Source: a bacterium (GTDB lineage Bacteria; RBG-13-61-14; DATKZS01). Taken from it: 64,000 bases of DNA. The stretch lies in contig CAXXFL010000007.1 of the NCBI GenBank assembly GCA_963674965.2, forward strand, positions 288,001 through 352,000, given 5' to 3'. This document shows positions 58,415-64,000 of this stretch, in pieces. Both the position numbers and the translations under genes were made by a program. Numbering within the stretch: the stretch's first letter is position 1; every line of letters starts with the position of its first letter. Below the pieces are notes generated by a model. The model saw only the letters and a program-made list of their open reading frames with translations, had not been told where the DNA came from and searched no databases.

Positions 58415-59548
58415 CTACCAGCCCGCCCCAATCCAATCCCGCGCGTGTCCGCCCAGGAGAACCTGAAGCGTCTTGGCGTCGCGCAGTCTTCTCTCGAGAC
58501 CGTAGTCCTTCATGTACCCATAGCCGCCCAGCGCCTGGATGGCGTCAAGGCACACGCTCTCGCCGACTCCCGCGATGAATAGAAACGCCCGCCTGGTCCT
58601 GGCCTCTCCCGCGACCGGGTCCTCGACCGCCGCCGCGGTGAAAAGCATGTCCCGGGCCGCCTCGACGCGGACGTCCATGTCCTCGATAACTCGAGCCACG
58701 TCCTGATGCAGGATGATGGGACGTCCCGTCTGCTCGCGCTCGGAGGAGTATTGGCGGGCGTAACTCGCCGCGGCCGCCGCGTTGCCCACCACGATGGCCG
58801 CGAAGTTCGCGTATAGCTCGCGCTTTATCTCGAGAAGCGAGGCGCGGGCTTTTTCCGCCTCGGCTATGATATCCTCCGCGCCCGCGGCTTTCTCAGATAT
58901 CTTCAGCCCGGCCATGGGCGTCTCCAGGAGTCCCGTACCCGGATAGGCCGGCTCGATATAGTCCAATAGGCCGCGTGCCTCGAGGCACAGGATCACCGGT
59001 TTTCGGTCTTCCCCGTAAGCCGGCGCCATCACCTTGGAGAGGACCCCGGGATGGACGGGACAAATGAAGCGACCCTTCAGGCGATATCCCGAATCTCTTT
59101 CCTCAAGCTCGGGCGTCACGGGGTCCCCATCGTCAACCACCTGGAGGGGAGAGGCCACCCCGCAAAGAGGCGGTTTTTCATCAGCGGACTTTGCCGCCGC
59201 CTCCGTGAGCCAGGAAAGAACGGCCTTATCGTCCGCGGCCCCAGCCAGCGCGCAAAGCCCGGCCCAGTGGACGCCAATGACCGCCGCGACCCCCGCCATG
59301 CCCATGCCCAGCCTCTCCAGGACCACGGCGCGGCCCAGGCGGCCAAGACCCGCTCCGCCCATTTCCTCGGGAAGCGGCGCCGCCGAAACTCCGGCTTGTC
59401 CGGCCCGCTCGATGATCTTCCAGTCGAAGTCCAAAGGCCCCGTCCGCTCGTGCATGGCCTCGCCGTCGATATGCTCGAGGGTGAAGTCGGCGAACTTTCG
59501 AGCCGTCTCGGCGAACATGGCCCTGTCTTCATTTTCGTACCACTCCAC
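58415..59548 (-). CDS. Acyl-CoA dehydrogenase family, degenerate (non-catalytic) subunit
   Basis: LPEEMGGAG, REQTGRPI..HQ, QALGGYGYMKDY, RDAK. Lacks TEPxxGSD and YEG. GTG start with GGAGG RBS. Confidence 0.88.
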   Translation of the reverse strand: MEWYENEDRAMFAETARKFADFTLEHIDGEAMHERTGPLDFDWKIIERAGQAGVSAAPLPEEMGGAGLGRLGRAVVLERLGMGMAGVAAVIGVHWAGLCALAGAADDKAVLSWLTEAAAKSADEKPPLCGVASPLQVVDDGDPVTPELEERDSGYRLKGRFICPVHPGVLSKVMAPAYGEDRKPVILCLEARGLLDYIEPAYPGTGLLETPMAGLKISEKAAGAEDIIAEAEKARASLLEIKRELYANFAAIVVGNAAAAASYARQYSSEREQTGRPIILHQDVARVIEDMDVRVEAARDMLFTAAAVEDPVAGEARTRRAFLFIAGVGESVCLDAIQALGGYGYMKDYGLERRLRDAKTLQVLLGGHARDWIGAGW

Positions 59549-59552
59549 GTCG

Positions 59553-61064
59553 TCACCTCCTCATGGTCCTGGCCATGTCCTTGAAGTGGGTAATGTCGTT
59601 GGCCTGGTTGGTCCCCTCATAGATCATGGTAAGCTTGGCGTCGCGATAGGCCTTTTCCACCGGCCACCGGGGGTCATAGGCGTCGGGGCCCATTACGCGG
59701 GCCACCTCGCCGCTCACCCGGACGCCGATCTCCGAACCCATCCGCTTGGCCGCCGTGGCCAGGCGGCTGATGTAGGCCAGGCGGTCGTCGGGAACGGTCC
59801 GGTCCAAAAGCCAGTCGCAGGCCCCCCGCCAGAGGCGGGATGAGAATATCCTTTTGGCCCCCTCGTTAAGGAGCAGGCCGTTTGGAGTCAATTTAAGCGC
59901 GGCTTTTTGCAGGGGACCTCCGATGATCTCGTGGAATATCTCGTCGCAGGCCAGGCAGGAAGCGACGTAAAGGCCGCGCGCCGCCGCTATGTCCCCGGAC
60001 ATGCGGGCAATGGTTATCTGGATCGCCTGCTGGTCGATCATCCTCCCGCCCCTCGACTTCTTTTGCTTGCTCCAGTCGATGAGGCACTCGAGGGAGCGGC
60101 GAGCGCACCCGACGCCTATGGCGCCCACCGGCCCGCGCGAGCCGGCCAGGTAAATGGAAACGTAGCGGGCGCCCTTGCCCTCTTCTCCTATCTGGCGCTC
60201 GTGGGGAACGAAAACGTCCTCCATGATCAACTCGGCCGCGGGGCTGGCCTTCTGGCCCATCTTGCGCTCGACCCGGCCCACGGAAAACCCCTCGGATTCC
60301 GAGTCGACCAGGAAAATAGTCCACGATTCCGCGGGCGACCTGGGGTCCGTTGCCGCCGCCGTCACGATCCACCGGGCCACGCTTCCATTGCTGATGAAGA
60401 CCTTGCGGCCGTTTAAGCGATAGCCGCCCGGGACCTTTTTGGCGAAGGTCACGATCTTGCCCTTCTTCAGAAAATCCTCGTCCCATATATCGGTCCCGGC
60501 GAAAGGCTCGGTGACCGCCCCGGCCCACAGCACCGGCTCGCCTCGCTTCTCGGCCAGGGCCACGGGACGGATGTATTTCTCGAGTAGATAGGCGTCGATC
60601 GAAATCAGCCCACAGGAGATGCCCGCCGAGTGGACCCCGATGGTGCTGGCCAGGCCCGCGCAGCCCACGGCCAACTCCTCGGCCATGGCCGCCATGTGCA
60701 GGACCCCCATGCCCAATCCGTCGAAGGCCTCGGGAATGATCATCGAAAAGAACCGCTCCTTACAGGCCTCCTCCATCACGTCCCAGGAGAAATAACCATG
60801 GTCCCGGGAAACCAGCTTCTCGATCTCGATTGCCCGGGGCCGGATCACCCGGTCGGAGAACGCCCGCGCCCTCTCGCGTATCCGGGTCAGGTTTCTAAAG
60901 TACGAGGAGGGGTATCTTCTGGCCAGGCGAAAAAGCCCGTCCACCTCGCCCCAGGAAAAGGGGAAGTCCGAGTAGATGGCGTCGGTCTCTTCCGCCGGGG
61001 TGATCGAGGAAAACAAGGTGGTCGGCCCGATCTCCCTAGCGTCAGCGTTTGGAGAGTTCATCAA
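59553..61064 (-). CDS. Acyl-CoA dehydrogenase family, catalytic subunit
   Basis: VTEPFAGTD, LNGRKVFISNG, KMGQKAS, YRDAKLTMIYEGTNQ. Confidence 0.92.
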   Translation of the reverse strand: MMNSPNADAREIGPTTLFSSITPAEETDAIYSDFPFSWGEVDGLFRLARRYPSSYFRNLTRIRERARAFSDRVIRPRAIEIEKLVSRDHGYFSWDVMEEACKERFFSMIIPEAFDGLGMGVLHMAAMAEELAVGCAGLASTIGVHSAGISCGLISIDAYLLEKYIRPVALAEKRGEPVLWAGAVTEPFAGTDIWDEDFLKKGKIVTFAKKVPGGYRLNGRKVFISNGSVARWIVTAAATDPRSPAESWTIFLVDSESEGFSVGRVERKMGQKASPAAELIMEDVFVPHERQIGEEGKGARYVSIYLAGSRGPVGAIGVGCARRSLECLIDWSKQKKSRGGRMIDQQAIQITIARMSGDIAAARGLYVASCLACDEIFHEIIGGPLQKAALKLTPNGLLLNEGAKRIFSSRLWRGACDWLLDRTVPDDRLAYISRLATAAKRMGSEIGVRVSGEVARVMGPDAYDPRWPVEKAYRDAKLTMIYEGTNQANDITHFKDMARTMRR

Positions 61065-61130
61065 TAGTCTCCTTGGTCGATGGCTTGAGGCGCCGGCCCC
61101 GAGCGGGATTCCCCGCCCAGGGCCAACCGG

Positions 61131-62597
61131 TTAAATCTCGAAGTCCCTTTCCAACTCCCTTTCCCGCTCCATCAGGCGATTATGCAGCTCATTGCGCCTG
61201 GCGGCGTAGCCGGCGTCGTTGGCCAGGTTGGTCATCTCCAGCGGGTCGTCCTTCAAGTTGTAAAGCTCGTAATCGGCCGAGTCGTCGCTTGGCTTGAAAT
61301 AGTACGAATACTTCCACTCATGGTCCCGAACGCACCGGATGTGGGCCGGGTTCTCGAAGTTCCCCGGCTCCCCGGGCTTTTTGCCGATGGTGAACTGCAC
61401 TTCCCAGTCCTGGTGGAAGACGACGTGGTCCTGGACCGCCCCCCCCTCCGGGTCCATGAGCACGGGCGAGAGGTCCTTGCCCGGCATGTAGTGACTCACC
61501 CCGGTAATTCCCGTCATGGAAACCAGCGTGGGCATGACGTCCACGTTGGAGGCGAGGGCGTCCGTGGTCACCCCCTCCGGTATGCGGGTGGGGGCGGAGA
61601 TTATCAGGGGCACGTTAATCTCCTCCTCATAGGCGAAGCAGCCCTTGGTCCGGAGCCGGTGCGATCCCGCCATCTCGCCGTGGTCCGCCGTAAACACAAC
61701 GACCGTATTGTCCCGCTGACCCGACTTGTCCAGGGCGTCGAGCACGCGGCCGATGTTGGCGTCGGCGTCCTCCACGCAGAACATGTAGTAATCCAGGTAA
61801 CGGCGCCAGGCGTCGCCGCTCGAGTAATCCATGGGGCCGCCCACGGAGTTGTAGATTTTCTGGTATTCCCTCTGGCAGCCGGGCTTTCCCGAAAGGTCGT
61901 CGGTCCAGTTGGGGGGCGGCGCGTCGGTCTTTATCTCGCGGAGCTTCCGCTGCGGATAATAACGGGGAAAGGCGCAAATGTCGTGGGGATTGACCAGGGA
62001 ACAGACCATGAACCAGGGTTCTTTCCGGTTGTCCGGGTCCAGAATCCAACTCGTGGCCTGCCTCGTGTATGACGGGTCCTGCAGCGCCCCGCAATAGGGG
62101 GGACCGCCGAACATGGCGTCAGGGGCCTTCCAGCCGGTGAATCCATAATTTGAAAGGGGGTCCTTACGGTCGCGGTCGGACCTTCTGGTCAGGTGCCATT
62201 TGCCCCGGTAGGGCGTCCGATAACCGGCCTTGCCGAAGACGTGTCCGAAGGTCGGGATTCTCGGATCGAGGCTGGGCTGGAGGTCTCCCTCCACGAAGTC
62301 GCAGTTGGTGTACATCTGGTTTTGAGTGGTGTAGGTCCCGGTCACCAGGCAGGCCCGGGAAGGAGAACAGGGAGAGGCGCTCACGAAATGGTTGTTGAAA
62401 GTCACGCCCCGCGAGGACAGGAGGTCGATGTTTGGCGTCGAGAGCAGCGGGGTCCACTTCGGGTTCCTCCACTGATCGACCAATATGACCAGGACATTCG
62501 GCCGGTCCCCCTCCGCCGAGGCCGAGCCCGGCGCCAGCCCAAGACCCAGACCCGTCGCCGCCAGGGCGGATCCCTTGATAAATTCTCTTCTCTTCAT
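61131..62597 (-). CDS. Cys-type sulfatase-family hydrolase, Tat-exported
   Basis: MKRREFIK Tat signal, PNVLVILVDQ, CSPSRA, GKWHL, SLVNPHDI, ADHG. Confidence 0.94.
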   Translation of the reverse strand: MKRREFIKGSALAATGLGLGLAPGSASAEGDRPNVLVILVDQWRNPKWTPLLSTPNIDLLSSRGVTFNNHFVSASPCSPSRACLVTGTYTTQNQMYTNCDFVEGDLQPSLDPRIPTFGHVFGKAGYRTPYRGKWHLTRRSDRDRKDPLSNYGFTGWKAPDAMFGGPPYCGALQDPSYTRQATSWILDPDNRKEPWFMVCSLVNPHDICAFPRYYPQRKLREIKTDAPPPNWTDDLSGKPGCQREYQKIYNSVGGPMDYSSGDAWRRYLDYYMFCVEDADANIGRVLDALDKSGQRDNTVVVFTADHGEMAGSHRLRTKGCFAYEEEINVPLIISAPTRIPEGVTTDALASNVDVMPTLVSMTGITGVSHYMPGKDLSPVLMDPEGGAVQDHVVFHQDWEVQFTIGKKPGEPGNFENPAHIRCVRDHEWKYSYYFKPSDDSADYELYNLKDDPLEMTNLANDAGYAARRNELHNRLMERERELERDFEI

Positions 62598-62682
62598 GAT
62601 ATGCCTCCCATTCGGTTCGTCTCCGGTCCGGGCCGCCCCACCGCTATCGGCGCCAAACCCGGGGAGAAATTTTCCTTCGCTT

Positions 62683-62704
62683 TAATTAACTAAATAGTTA
62701 GTTA
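62683..62704. promoter_or_regulatory. 22-bp imperfect palindrome, candidate TetR operator
   Basis: TAATTAACTA-AA-TAGTTAGTTA (9/10 arm symmetry), immediately downstream of the -10 box. Confidence 0.7.
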
Positions 62705-62707
62705 GCA

Positions 62708-62736
62708 ATCCTAGCGCCGGGAATCGACTTTGTCAA
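62708..62736 (-). promoter_or_regulatory. Sigma-70 promoter of the sulfatase-ACAD operon
   Basis: TTGACA-N17-TAGGAT on the minus strand. Confidence 0.78.
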
Positions 62737-62796
62737 GAAAAAAATTTCCCAAGTAAGCGAAAAATGAAATGGCTGATAATTTCGAGATTTTATCGG

Positions 62797-64000
62797 CTAG
62801 TTAATTTCTCGGGCAAAAACCTCGAGGGGATGGTCAAGTATCCTCATAAAGACCTCCGCCATGGCCGGCTCGAAAACGGGAGAGCTGTACATGACGGACT
62901 CCAGGTGGTAGGTACCCTTCGATAGATTGGTGATGCCCTCGATCATGTAGCCGCCGTTACCAAAGGAGCCGGGCTCGAGATCGGGCGGGTCCATGTGGTT
63001 CTCGTCGTCAATATAAAATACCTTGGGCTTCCAGTCGGGATTGTCGCTCTCCACGATAAGTCGGTTGAACCAGGCCCCATGGTCCTTCCCGTCCGGCCCC
63101 ACCGTTCCCGTCGAGGACCAGTTGAAAGGACGCTCGTCGGCGGCCATCTTTTTCTCGAGGTCGCTCATTTTCCCGTCCTGGATCACGCCCTCGGGATACA
63201 ATGAGTTACGGTAGCGGCGCTCGCCCGCCAAGCGGGGACTGTCCACGCTCACCCGGAAGGTGGGATCCTTGACCACGAACCCCACGTCGATGGGGAGGTA
63301 TACCTCGGTGGGAAAGCTGAAGGAATTATAGTAGTAGATATTGTCTAACCTGGCGGAAGGACTGGGAATATTCCACAAAAGGATCAGGCGTGACCTGGTG
63401 CGACGAATCACCCTGACCGGACCGTCAATCCAGGCCACTATCTGGTCGTCAAAGTCCTCCTCCGTCTTGTCGACCGATATCCCCGCCACCTCCGCGTGCA
63501 AACGGGCCTTGAGCCGGTCGCAATAATCCACCCCATCGCCTCCGCCGGCCTCAGTAACCACCAGGTAGTCCATGGCCATGGGGGCCTCCGCCGAGAAACC
63601 AAGCTCGTAAGTAAGGGTCTTGATCCGGTTCTTTTCCGGGTCGATGGTCGCGTAGTCCACTTCCGACCTCGCCGGCGCGTCCTTTTCGAAATAGTACAAA
63701 TAGGCGAACCCCTCGCCTCCGTCCACCGGGTCTTTGACTACAATAATCGACTTCTTTACCGCGCCGGGAAGATTCGCGCCTTCATCCGTCTCGTCGCCCA
63801 GGTCCCTGGCCATGATTACCAACTCGTCCAGGCCGTTAAACAGGCCGTCGCCGTCCTCGGGGTTTTTCTCCTTTCCGTTAGGGAAGACGAAGTCGCCCTT
63901 GCGCGTCTTCTCGTCCACCTGGAAGGGTATGGGTTGAAGACTTCCATCTCGAGCGGCGTATACCCTGATCCCCGGGATCGCGACCCCGTCAAACGTCTTT
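62797..64000 (-). CDS. Hypothetical protein (5' end beyond window), paralog of 56255-57520
   Basis: Frame open to the window edge (KTFDGVAIPGIRVYAARDGSLQPIPFQVDEK...); DELVIMARDLG, DYCDRLKAR, DGPVRV. Confidence 0.82.
   Translation of the reverse strand, partial: KTFDGVAIPGIRVYAARDGSLQPIPFQVDEKTRKGDFVFPNGKEKNPEDGDGLFNGLDELVIMARDLGDETDEGANLPGAVKKSIIVVKDPVDGGEGFAYLYYFEKDAPARSEVDYATIDPEKNRIKTLTYELGFSAEAPMAMDYLVVTEAGGGDGVDYCDRLKARLHAEVAGISVDKTEEDFDDQIVAWIDGPVRVIRRTRSRLILLWNIPSPSARLDNIYYYNSFSFPTEVYLPIDVGFVVKDPTFRVSVDSPRLAGERRYRNSLYPEGVIQDGKMSDLEKKMAADERPFNWSSTGTVGPDGKDHGAWFNRLIVESDNPDWKPKVFYIDDENHMDPPDLEPGSFGNGGYMIEGITNLSKGTYHLESVMYSSPVFEPAMAEVFMRILDHPLEVFAREIN

Noticed and set aside
1-64000. CRISPR arrays, tRNA/rRNA, prophage, integrase, reverse transcriptase or known defence genes
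   Set aside because: None recognised on reading either strand or in the ORF track; the MoxR/VWA genes have Bat-like membrane architecture, not a defence-type context.

Overview
A GC-rich bacterial chromosomal segment; the gene content looks like an uncultured deltaproteobacterium (Desulfobacterota/Myxococcota-like), which is an inference only. 1-19.5 kb is a tightly coupled minus-strand operon encoding a MoxR AAA+ ATPase, DUF58, two VWA proteins, an NHL-repeat Tat lipoprotein, a coiled-coil membrane protein, an ABC ATPase and at least three paralogous double-domain ABC-2 permeases. One permease is split in its inter-domain linker by a 1764-bp DDE insertion sequence (6-bp TSD TAACTA). A near-identical inverted copy of the IS lies at 42013-43776 (TSD TAATTA), inside an AT-richer module of histidine kinase, sigma-54 activator and a lipoprotein gene with a canonical -24/-12 promoter. 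The middle carries metabolic and envelope genes: orphan OppF-type ATPase, nucleotidyltransferase, GT39-like protein, M14 and M28 peptidases, sulfatase, URO-D-like protein, LolCDE-like ABC plus outer-membrane barrel, OYE, DUF2961, ExeA-like ATPase, PHP protein, mdh, UbiB-like kinase and a CrtI-family desaturase. 53.6-62.7 kb is the best candidate for an uncharacterised system: a sigma-70 promoter with a 22-bp operator-like palindrome driving a Tat sulfatase, two acyl-CoA dehydrogenases with complementary motif loss (predicted obligate heteromer), a membrane protein, a secreted protein, a membrane-anchored DUF362 protein (apparent 1-nt frameshift) and a TetR repressor. No rRNA, tRNA or CRISPR array was seen.
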